A stretch of DNA of 64,000 nucleotides, taken from IMG/VR virus record IMGVR_UViG_3300037572_000374, positions 1 to 64,000 of that record. One strand, 5' to 3'. The notes beneath the pieces are model-generated. The model worked only from the letters and a program-made list of their open reading frames with translations. It ran no database searches and was not told where the DNA came from. The position numbers and the translations under genes are program-made. Below are positions 28,173 to 37,398 of this stretch, piece after piece. The DNA is from a virus. How positions within the stretch are numbered: position 1 is the stretch's first letter; each line of letters begins with the position of its first letter.

Positions 28173-30824
28173 ATGGCAATAAATAAAAAGAACAGTATTC
28201 GTACTGACATATCAATCAACTCAAGTGGTGCTCAAGCAAGCATCACTAAGTTGTTTGATAAAATAAAGAGAGGACAATCGGACGTTTCGAAAGGAACGAA
28301 GAAAGCCACAACTGGCTTAGGAAAGATGGGATCCACAGCTGCCACTGCCGGAAAAAAGGGTGGTGCTGGAATGGGATTCTTATCAAAAGGATTGAAAGGA
28401 GCTAAGGCAGCAGTATTGTCTATGATCCCAGCATTGGGAGGATTGACTACAGCATTTGCAGCTACTGGAATTGGTGCAATTGTTATTGCAGCAGTAGCTT
28501 TAGGAGCAGCATTTATTGGTGCCATTAAAACTGGAGCAAAGTTTGGAAAAGCACTTAGTGCCTTAAAGGGTATCTCTGGTGCAACAAACGAAGAGATGTC
28601 AGCTTTGTCGACTCAGGCAAAAAACTTAGGAGCTAGTACTGCTTTTACAGCATCTGAAGTAGTTAAGCTACAAACAGAATTGGCAAAATTAGGTTTTGAG
28701 GCAGGGCAAATTCAACAAGCTACACCATCAATCTTAGACTTAGCAGCTTCTTTGGAAGTAGATTTAGCATCAGCAGCAGAATTCGCTGGATCGGTAGTTA
28801 GATCGTTTGGACTTGATGCATCAGAAACTCAAAGAGTAGTTGATGTAATGGCAGCATCTGCAACTGGATCTGCTCAATCATTTGGTTCATTAGTTGAGTC
28901 ATTTAAACTAGCAGCACCAACAGCAAGAGCTTTGGGTGTGTCTGTAGAAGAGACTGGAGCACTATTAGGAGCATTAGCAAATAATGGTTTAAAGGGATCT
29001 ATTGCAGGTACTGGTTTATCTAAAGTATTCATACAGTTAGCAAAAGAAGGATTAACTCTAGATCAAGGTTTAGATAAAGTAAGAAACTCTTCTGACAAAC
29101 TAAACACAGCTATTGATTTAGTAGGTGTGATTGGATCCAAGTCATTATTGACATTGGCAGAATCAGGAGATGATATAGATCGACTGACTGGACAATTATT
29201 AGCAGCAGAAGGAGCTGCACAAGCATTAGCAGAAACAAAGTTAGACAACCTTAGTGGAGACGTAACTAAATTAGGATCTGCATGGGAAGGATTTATCTTA
29301 GGTATCGAAGATGGAAGTGGAGCATTGAATTCACTTGCAAGAGGAGCAATTCAACTTCTAACTGGAGCGATTACTGGAATGACAGACCTATTTTTCTATT
29401 TAGGATTTGCATGGGACGATGGATGGAATCAAATAAAGCTAAGAGCTGAGGGTGGAGCTAAATATATTTCAGGACAGTTTAGTCTTTTAGGAGGAGCTAT
29501 TAAGCTATTTGCAAATGAGGCAATGTTAATGCTTTCTAAAATTCCTATCATAGGAGAAGCTATTGATGAATCAGCAGTAAGAGCTAATATCGATGCAGCC
29601 AAAGAACAATTAATATCTGCAGCAGCACAAATTAGGCAAGCTCAAGCTAAACTTGATAAGGCGAATCTTAATGATGCAACCTTTATGGCTCGACTTATCG
29701 AAGCTAAAAAAGGTGAAGCAATAGCAATTCAAAAGGCTCAAGATCAAAAGGCAGCTGATAAAAAGATTGAGGAAGATCAAGAAGCCTTAATTAAGAGACA
29801 GGAAAAAGATGCTAAAACTTTAGCAGGTATTAAGGAGAAGATAGCAAAGCAAACTGCAGATCAAGAAGCAGTGACTGATGAAGAAAAGTTAGCACTGAAG
29901 AGAGAAAGACAGTTAGCAGAGCTAGATGATCTTTATATTTCGGCAGCAGAAAAGCAAGCAGTAGAGAAAGAGATAAACGATCTTTATGATGCTAAGAAGG
30001 CTGAATTAGACGAAAAGAAAAAAGTCGAAAAGGAGGAAAAAGAAGCAGCAGCTGAAGCCTTACGTTTGGAAAAGCAATTAGAATTAGATGCTTTAGAATT
30101 AGAAAGATTATTACAGAACGATCAATTAACTTATGATGAGAGAGAGAGGCTACAATTAGATTATCTCGAAAAGAAAAGGTTACATGAAGTAAGTAATGAA
30201 AAGCTAACTAAGGAGCAAATTGAATTAATTGACAAGAAGGCTGAAAAAGCCAAGAAGAAAGTACAAGATGCAGAAGCAAAAGCTTCTAAGGATCTTCAAG
30301 ATAAAGTAGTGAATGATGCTCTGAATGGAGCAGCTGAAGCATTTGGTATTGCACAAGAAGTTGCAGTAGCTAAAATGATTATGGCAGCACCTGAAGCAAT
30401 TTCGGGATCATTTAAGAATGCAGCAATGGCATATGCACCACCAATGTCTCAGATAATGGGAGCGCTGGGAGCAGCTGGAGTTGTTGCACCAATAATAAAA
30501 GGACTAGGAGATATAAAGAAGGCTAGATTTGGAAAGAAAGGAAAATCATCAGGTGGTGGTGGTGGAGGTGGAAACATCTCAATGCCACAAGTTGGTGGAG
30601 GAGGAGACATGGCTGGAATAGCATCAAGTGCAATTTCAGATATAGCAGCAAATAATGCAGCTAGAGTAGGAGTAGATCCAAGTATTGGAGGAGCAGCTGG
30701 AGCATCAGCAGCCAACAATGTAATGGGTGGTAGCTCAAACAATGTTACTTTCTCAGAAGGACAATATTCTGACTTCACAAATCAAATAGCATTCAGAGAA
30801 TCGTTAACATCAATAGGAGGATAA
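28173..30824 (+). CDS. Tail tape measure protein (TP901-like core)
   Basis: LGASTAFTASEV, LANNGLKGSIAGT and DNLSGDVTKLGSAWEG motifs; Ala/Gly-rich with coiled coil. Confidence 0.92.
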   Translation: MAINKKNSIRTDISINSSGAQASITKLFDKIKRGQSDVSKGTKKATTGLGKMGSTAATAGKKGGAGMGFLSKGLKGAKAAVLSMIPALGGLTTAFAATGIGAIVIAAVALGAAFIGAIKTGAKFGKALSALKGISGATNEEMSALSTQAKNLGASTAFTASEVVKLQTELAKLGFEAGQIQQATPSILDLAASLEVDLASAAEFAGSVVRSFGLDASETQRVVDVMAASATGSAQSFGSLVESFKLAAPTARALGVSVEETGALLGALANNGLKGSIAGTGLSKVFIQLAKEGLTLDQGLDKVRNSSDKLNTAIDLVGVIGSKSLLTLAESGDDIDRLTGQLLAAEGAAQALAETKLDNLSGDVTKLGSAWEGFILGIEDGSGALNSLARGAIQLLTGAITGMTDLFFYLGFAWDDGWNQIKLRAEGGAKYISGQFSLLGGAIKLFANEAMLMLSKIPIIGEAIDESAVRANIDAAKEQLISAAAQIRQAQAKLDKANLNDATFMARLIEAKKGEAIAIQKAQDQKAADKKIEEDQEALIKRQEKDAKTLAGIKEKIAKQTADQEAVTDEEKLALKRERQLAELDDLYISAAEKQAVEKEINDLYDAKKAELDEKKKVEKEEKEAAAEALRLEKQLELDALELERLLQNDQLTYDERERLQLDYLEKKRLHEVSNEKLTKEQIELIDKKAEKAKKKVQDAEAKASKDLQDKVVNDALNGAAEAFGIAQEVAVAKMIMAAPEAISGSFKNAAMAYAPPMSQIMGALGAAGVVAPIIKGLGDIKKARFGKKGKSSGGGGGGGNISMPQVGGGGDMAGIASSAISDIAANNAARVGVDPSIGGAAGASAANNVMGGSSNNVTFSEGQYSDFTNQIAFRESLTSIGG

Positions 30825-30826
30825 TC

Positions 30827-32266
30827 ATGGATAAAGAAACAAAGCAAGTAATTAAAAATGCAGGTGGAGAAATTATCAAAGTCATAAAGATGCATGGTGA
30901 AGTTTTAGATGAGGTTACATTAGCTGATCTTAAAGGACAGACTGGAAAAGTTAGTAATTTTGATACACTTGTTGTAGAGATTGCTAGTCCAGGTGGTTCA
31001 GTATCTGAAGGTTTAGATATCATGGTATGGCTAGATAAGCTATCCCAAGAGGGAAAACAAATTGTAACAGTAGTAACTGCAAACAGTTACTCTATTGCAT
31101 CATTGATAATGTTAGTGGCTGATATAAAATTAATCAGCACACATGGAAAAGTAATGGTCCATAACCCGATGGTTCCATTGTTAGAATATGTGAATGCTAA
31201 CGACTTACAACAATATATAGATAACTTGAGGCAACTTGAGAATACGATGTATGAATTGTATGAATTTTTTACAGGGTTAAAACAAGAGCAGATCAAAATG
31301 CTTATGGATAAAGAGAGTTATCTAACACCACAAGAAGCAGTTGACTTAGGTTTTGCTGACATGGTGGTGGATATCAAACCAAAGTCATATGAAATGACTG
31401 CAAATAATAAAAAACCAATAAATATGTCTAAGACACTAAACATCCTAAACAAAGTGATAGGAATGGTAAACAAGTCTGAGTTCATTAATCAAATTTATTC
31501 TGACCTCGAAGGAGGTGAGGTTGAGATCTTTCAAAGTGATGCTGCAACGTATCAAGTTGGAGATAGAACTTCAATGGAAGAAGGAGAAGTTGTTTTATCT
31601 GATGGTAGTAAATTAACTATCGTTGAGGGTAAAATTTCTGAGATTAGTAGATCAGCAGAAGGTGAAGTAGCTCCAGAAGCTGCTGAATTCAACGAAGGTG
31701 AAGCACCTAAAGAAATCCTAACAGAGGAAATGGTAGAAGAAGAGGCTCCAGCAATGGAACAAGCTGACGAGATCATGGCTGAGGATGAAGTTATCGAAGA
31801 AGCAGCTCCTGCTGTAGAAGAGGTAGTTGAGGCTGCACCTAAATCAATCATCGAAACCAAAAAAGAAACTGTATCGACTAAAGAAATCATCAACGAAGAG
31901 GTTGAGATGAAAGAAGAAGAAATGGTAGCTGAAGAGGTTGAAATGAAAGAAGAAGAAATGATTGAGGAAGAAATGGCTCAAGATGGTTCTGAAGAAGCTC
32001 TAGAAGTAACTGAAGATCATATGGCTGACATGCATGCTACAATCGAAGCTTTGGAATCTAGAATTGCACAACTTGAAGATATGATCTTAGGTTATGATTC
32101 TAAATTTGAAGCACTTTCTAAATTCGAAAACATTGCAACTGAAGCTATTGATACTTTAGCATCTAACACTGTTTCAAACTTTAAACCAGAAGCTAGAGTA
32201 GCAACTACTCCAGTGAAGTCTAAAGGAAGTATATTTTCACAATTAAAAACAAAAAGAGGACTTTAA
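30827..32266 (+). CDS. ClpP-like prohead protease fused to an acidic scaffold domain
   Basis: IASPGGSV, SYSIAS (Ser), MVHNP (His); Glu-rich C-terminal half. Confidence 0.88.
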   Translation: MDKETKQVIKNAGGEIIKVIKMHGEVLDEVTLADLKGQTGKVSNFDTLVVEIASPGGSVSEGLDIMVWLDKLSQEGKQIVTVVTANSYSIASLIMLVADIKLISTHGKVMVHNPMVPLLEYVNANDLQQYIDNLRQLENTMYELYEFFTGLKQEQIKMLMDKESYLTPQEAVDLGFADMVVDIKPKSYEMTANNKKPINMSKTLNILNKVIGMVNKSEFINQIYSDLEGGEVEIFQSDAATYQVGDRTSMEEGEVVLSDGSKLTIVEGKISEISRSAEGEVAPEAAEFNEGEAPKEILTEEMVEEEAPAMEQADEIMAEDEVIEEAAPAVEEVVEAAPKSIIETKKETVSTKEIINEEVEMKEEEMVAEEVEMKEEEMIEEEMAQDGSEEALEVTEDHMADMHATIEALESRIAQLEDMILGYDSKFEALSKFENIATEAIDTLASNTVSNFKPEARVATTPVKSKGSIFSQLKTKRGL

Positions 32267-32355
32267 TTAGATCCGATTAAAACCGGATCTCCTGATCCAA
32301 AATAAACAATCGAGTAAAAGATTACTCAAAAATTTAATATTAAAAATAAAATAAA

Positions 32356-33342
32356 ATGGCATTTAACGTAGGACAAGCTCCAGCAGGAGTATTAGCAAAA
32401 GCATTAACTGGAAACATTTTCGTTGAGCAAAGTTTAGCTTACATGAACGAAGGAGACAAAGATGGATACAATGCTTACAAGCATGACATCAAGAACGTAT
32501 TGAGATCAAGAAGCGACAATCCAGCTTCAGTGGTAGCAAATACTTCTAAAAAACAAAACTATAAGAGAAGTTTGGCAGTAGTTGAGTCTTTTGAGACTTT
32601 CGACCCATCTGACTACTATACTCATTGGAAAGATTACCAACCAGCTGGAGAGTTTCAGTGGGAGGAATTACCAGTAGAAGTAAAGAATGTTCTTGAAGAA
32701 TTATTCTTAGGAAACGCTGCTGAAGCAGTAGAAGATGAATTAACTAACGGAACTTCAGGTTTAGTTGGTGGACTTATCGCTCAGTTAGAGTCTAGCTCAT
32801 TAACATCTTTAGATGGTGCTGAAGCAACTCCAACTCAAAACGTAGATAACACTGCTATCGCTTTTAGAGCATCTGCAGGTTTAGCTGGAGACAGCGAAGG
32901 AGTAGCACTTACAACTTCTAACATCTTCCAAACTTTAGAGAAATTGATCAAGAATCAAACTAAAGCAATGAGAAAAAGAGCTGGTAGAAAATTCATGGTA
33001 TCTCACGGTACTGCTGACTTACTTAGAGAAGCTCAGAGATTAGAATTAAACTTCAAAGGAGTTGATACTACAGAAGAAGGAATCATGAGATATGCAGGTT
33101 ACGATATTATCGAAAACCCAAGTTTCCCAGATGATACTATCTTATTCTGTTCAATGACTGGAGATATGAAAACTGATGCTATCCAATTAGGTACATCTAT
33201 GTCTTCTGACTTCAACAACTTAGAAGTAAACAGAGTTTCTCCATTCGGAAGAACTTATGGAATGCTTTTAACTTTTGCTATCGATATTTTCGTAGTAAGA
33301 CCAGAAGAAGTATGTTTCTATACTACTGCAACTATAGCTTAA
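32356..33342 (+). CDS. Major capsid protein
   Basis: Directly after the protease, 328 aa, highly biased codons, followed by a hairpin. Confidence 0.75.
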   Translation: MAFNVGQAPAGVLAKALTGNIFVEQSLAYMNEGDKDGYNAYKHDIKNVLRSRSDNPASVVANTSKKQNYKRSLAVVESFETFDPSDYYTHWKDYQPAGEFQWEELPVEVKNVLEELFLGNAAEAVEDELTNGTSGLVGGLIAQLESSSLTSLDGAEATPTQNVDNTAIAFRASAGLAGDSEGVALTTSNIFQTLEKLIKNQTKAMRKRAGRKFMVSHGTADLLREAQRLELNFKGVDTTEEGIMRYAGYDIIENPSFPDDTILFCSMTGDMKTDAIQLGTSMSSDFNNLEVNRVSPFGRTYGMLLTFAIDIFVVRPEEVCFYTTATIA

Positions 33343-33440
33343 TTTTAATCAATTAGACTAAGTAATTTAATAATAAATATGGATCCCTATTCTTCATTGA
33401 GTAGGGATATCATATAATCTAATTTTAAAAATTAACAATT

Positions 33441-34010
33441 ATGGCAATATGTGATGGATTAATCGCAGCTGGTATCGCAAGAGATTGTGATACAGTAAAT
33501 GCTGCAGTTGGTGTAGACAAGGATTTAATCTTGGTAAACTATGATGATTTCGATAAGACTTTATCATTGGCTACAAGAGAAGCTGACGACACTAACAACA
33601 ATATAGGAGGATTATCAAACATCGAATTAAAACTAGATACAGTACAATATGTATTCGCTGGTACTGATTATTCAGTAATTCCAAACATTACTTCAGAAGT
33701 GAAGGATGATGGAGATTCAATGTTTGTACACTCAATAGCTTTTACTGTTTACAGTAAGGCAGCTGCTGATAGAAAAACTCTTGAAGCTTTAGCTGGAGCT
33801 AGAGTAATAGCAATCGCTGTAGACCGTTCAACTGGTTTATACGAACTTTTTGGTGCAGACCAAGGATTGAAATTAAGTGGACTTGAAAGAGCTTACACTG
33901 GTTCTCAATCTTCAAACTTTTACACAGTAACAATAGCTACTCCAGACATCGCGGTTATTCGTGAGTCTAGTATGGGAGAATTAGCTGTAGGAATTAACAC
34001 TGCAGTATAA
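33441..34010 (+). CDS. Major tail tube protein
   Basis: MAIC..L..GI...C start typical of Bacteroidota siphovirus tube proteins; biased codons; strong terminator downstream. Confidence 0.7.
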   Translation: MAICDGLIAAGIARDCDTVNAAVGVDKDLILVNYDDFDKTLSLATREADDTNNNIGGLSNIELKLDTVQYVFAGTDYSVIPNITSEVKDDGDSMFVHSIAFTVYSKAAADRKTLEALAGARVIAIAVDRSTGLYELFGADQGLKLSGLERAYTGSQSSNFYTVTIATPDIAVIRESSMGELAVGINTAV

Positions 34011-34033
34011 TTACAGCTTAACAATAGTATTTG

Positions 34034-34067
34034 AAAAAAGCATAGGTTTACCTCTATGCTTTTTTTT
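34034..34067 (+). terminator. Intrinsic terminator
   Basis: AAAAAAGCATAG/CTATGCTTTTTTTT. Confidence 0.8.
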
Positions 34068-34238
34068 AATATTACAACTAAAACTTATTTTTAAGAGCTC
34101 TAATGCACTTAAAAAACTTTATCGATACAATACCTCGATATACACTTAACCTAGCTTAGGGCTTATTAGAATCGCAATCTAAAGGTTATCTAAAGAACAA
34201 CACACATAAAACAATAACCTCTCAAACAGCAATACAAG

Positions 34239-35372
34239 ATGAGTAATAAGGTACAGAAAATAAAAAATCTTCGCACGTTGAAGGCTTTAAGAGGTCAATC
34301 TCTAACAATTGATTTAGGAAAAGCATTCACTGGAACATTGACGGCTTGGATGAAAAGAAAGCCAACTGACTCCACATACAGATCCTTTACGATTGTAGAT
34401 GGAAGATATTTATTTCTTCCAAAAGAAAAGGCACAAGATTTATCAGCTACTGATTTGGTAGAGGGTAAGTGGTACTTTGACGTTAGACAACTTCCAGTTG
34501 GAAGTACAGATCCTAACGACGAAGAAATAATTTATACTGGAACAATTGATTTCAGTAATCAAATTACAGATTCCAGTGGAATAGAAGTAGCTACAACTCC
34601 AGAAGTAGAAAGTGGAATGATAAATCTATCAAACACTTCCTCTGTATATGGAACAGTAGGGCAAGTAGTAAAAGCAAAAGAATTAATAAAAGATATTGCT
34701 GAAGTAAAAACAATTAAGGCAATGAGGGGAACCTCTTTGTCAATTGATTTAGGAAAAGATTGGAGTGGATATAAGTTAGAAGCATGGATGAAGAAGGATC
34801 CAAATTCAGCTACCTACAGATCTTTTACAATAGTAGATGATAGATTTTTATTCTTACCAAAAGAAAAAACTCAAGATTATCATAATGCTGATACTGGAGT
34901 TCTTTTAGAGGACATTCAAGGCAAGTGGCATTTTGATGTAAGAGCAGTTCCAGATGCAGCAGTAAATGCTGATGATGAGCAAATTGTATTAAGAGGCGTA
35001 ATATACTTCGAAGAAAATATTACAGACTCAGTAGGAGTTGAGTTGGTATATGATCCAACGAACACAAACTTATTTATCGATAATGCAGATACACCATTGT
35101 CGTACAATGGAGATGCAGGTAAGTTTCTTGTAGTAAACTCTACAGAGACTGCTATAGAATTTGCTACAATAGTACAAGATAAACATTATACACACGACCA
35201 AGGTATACCTAGTCAAGTGTGGACTATAAATCATGGGTTAAATAAATACCCAACAGCAGTAGCTGTAGATACGGCAAAAAGCGTAGTTGTGGGTATGATT
35301 GACTACATAGACTTAAACAATATAACAATAACATTTAATGCTTCTTTTAGTGGAGAGACTTACTTAAACTAA
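34239..35372 (+). CDS. Virion accessory/baseplate protein with a tandem duplicated domain
   Basis: KALRGQSLTIDLGK..TYRSFTIVD..GKWYFDVR occurs twice; C-terminal WTINHGLNKYP fibre domain. Confidence 0.65.
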   Translation: MSNKVQKIKNLRTLKALRGQSLTIDLGKAFTGTLTAWMKRKPTDSTYRSFTIVDGRYLFLPKEKAQDLSATDLVEGKWYFDVRQLPVGSTDPNDEEIIYTGTIDFSNQITDSSGIEVATTPEVESGMINLSNTSSVYGTVGQVVKAKELIKDIAEVKTIKAMRGTSLSIDLGKDWSGYKLEAWMKKDPNSATYRSFTIVDDRFLFLPKEKTQDYHNADTGVLLEDIQGKWHFDVRAVPDAAVNADDEQIVLRGVIYFEENITDSVGVELVYDPTNTNLFIDNADTPLSYNGDAGKFLVVNSTETAIEFATIVQDKHYTHDQGIPSQVWTINHGLNKYPTAVAVDTAKSVVVGMIDYIDLNNITITFNASFSGETYLN

Positions 35373-35391
35373 TAAAATAAAATAAATAATT

Positions 35392-37305
35392 ATGGCAGTA
35401 ATAAAACACTTAGTAGATTTAGATTTATCAAAAAATCAATTACTAAACGCAGTTATTCAAAACTTAGCTGTAGCTCCAACTTCACCAAACGTAGGTCAAG
35501 TTTATTATGATACCGTAGATGATACAGTATACACATGGAATGGCTCTAGTTGGTTAGACTTAGGAAATCAAGGAACTGGTGGTACAGATTTATCTTACAC
35601 TCCAGCAACGAACCAAGGTACAGTAAATAATACCACAGGAACGAATGCAACTATTCCATTAGCAGATGGAACTAATGCTGGTCTTATGACTGCGTCAGAA
35701 AAAACAATAGTTGGAAATCAAAGTGGAACAAACACAGGAGATAATGCAACTAACTCACAGTATAGTGGATTAGTAAGTAACGTTTCTACAAATTTAAGTG
35801 AAGGAACAACTACAACTACAACTGTAGATGTAAACTCTTCTGATGGTACAAATGCAACTTTGGCTGCAGCATCTACAAGTAGAGCAGGTGTAATGTCATC
35901 AGCTAAATTTGATGAAGTAGAAGCAAACACAACTGCAATAGCAGGATTGGATACAAACACAGTAACTAACATTACTATTGTAGAAGCTCCAACTAATGTG
36001 TCTGTTCAATCTTCGGATGGTTCAAATGATACAATAGCCGCAGCAAATACAACAAATGCTGGGGTTATGACCAAAGCTATGTTTGATGAGCATACGGCAA
36101 ACAACAACAAAGTAAGTGATATCAATCATAACGTTAGTACTAACTTAGGAATAACTAAGAGTGCAACTACAAACATAATCACTTCAAGTGATGGTACGGA
36201 TGCAACTATAACTGCAGCTACTACATCGAATGCTGGTCTTATGACTAAAGCAATCTTTGACGAGCATACTGCAAACAACGCCAAAGTGTCTAACGTAGAC
36301 GAAACATTAACTTCATTGGGTCTCAGTGCAAACATTCTTACATATACTGATGAGGATGGTACAGAAACTGACTTAGATTTATCTCTTTATTTAGATGACT
36401 CTAACTTAGCTAGATTAACTAGTGGTTCTTTAAATAGTACAACTGGATTAGCAACTTTCACAAGAGATGATGCTTCTACTTTTACTATTGATATGTCTGC
36501 ATTCTTAGATGCAATCACATTAAATAATACATTGACTTCAACTTCTACTACGGAAGGTTTAACTGCAGCTCAAGGTAAGGCTTTAAAAGACTTAATTGAC
36601 ACTATCAATACTAACAATACAGGAACTAACACTGGTGACCAAGATTTAAGTGGACTTTTACTTAATACTTCAGATACCCTTACGGGAAATCTATTAGTTG
36701 ATGGTGAAGTACATATTGGTACTGCAGATAACTTTATTAAAGTAGATAGTGGTACTGACCAATTACTCATTAATGCTGATAGTGGTATTAAGATAGAGAG
36801 TGATGATGGAGTTAGCTTATCTATAACAGATGTTGTAGAAATAGCGGGTACTGGTGGAATTTCTGATGGAACTAATAGTTTTGGCTTTCCAGCTTCAAGT
36901 GGTACAATAGCTTTAACAAGTGACTTTAGTGGAACTAACACTGGTGATGAAACTAGTGCCTCTCTTACGAATGAAGGTATAGCATTCTTAGCTTCTCAAG
37001 CAGAAGTTAATGCTGGAACAAATACAACTAAAATTGTAACTCCAAGTAGATTAAGAAGTACTTTAGGAATTACAGCTACACTTTCAACTACACTTACATA
37101 TAGTGAATTGATAGGAGATGGTAGTGCTACTTCAATAGTAGTTACTCATGGTATAGGAAACCAATTCGTACAAGCGCAAGTGTATGAGGTTGCAGGAATG
37201 GATAAGGTAGAGTGTGAAATAGAATTAACTTCTACTACAACTACAACTTTCAAATTCAATGTAGCTCCAGCATCTAATGCCTTAAGGGTAGTAATAATAG
37301 GATAA
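35392..37305 (+). CDS. Tail fibre protein
   Basis: Thr/Asn-rich with AT..NAGLM and SGTNTGD repeats. Confidence 0.8.
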   Translation: MAVIKHLVDLDLSKNQLLNAVIQNLAVAPTSPNVGQVYYDTVDDTVYTWNGSSWLDLGNQGTGGTDLSYTPATNQGTVNNTTGTNATIPLADGTNAGLMTASEKTIVGNQSGTNTGDNATNSQYSGLVSNVSTNLSEGTTTTTTVDVNSSDGTNATLAAASTSRAGVMSSAKFDEVEANTTAIAGLDTNTVTNITIVEAPTNVSVQSSDGSNDTIAAANTTNAGVMTKAMFDEHTANNNKVSDINHNVSTNLGITKSATTNIITSSDGTDATITAATTSNAGLMTKAIFDEHTANNAKVSNVDETLTSLGLSANILTYTDEDGTETDLDLSLYLDDSNLARLTSGSLNSTTGLATFTRDDASTFTIDMSAFLDAITLNNTLTSTSTTEGLTAAQGKALKDLIDTINTNNTGTNTGDQDLSGLLLNTSDTLTGNLLVDGEVHIGTADNFIKVDSGTDQLLINADSGIKIESDDGVSLSITDVVEIAGTGGISDGTNSFGFPASSGTIALTSDFSGTNTGDETSASLTNEGIAFLASQAEVNAGTNTTKIVTPSRLRSTLGITATLSTTLTYSELIGDGSATSIVVTHGIGNQFVQAQVYEVAGMDKVECEIELTSTTTTTFKFNVAPASNALRVVIIG

Positions 37306-37398
37306 GAAAATAAATCATATTATTATTTAAACAATAAGAAATTAATAGGGGTGACTTTGGTCGCTCCTATTTTTTACAAAATAAAAAATAAAAATAAT

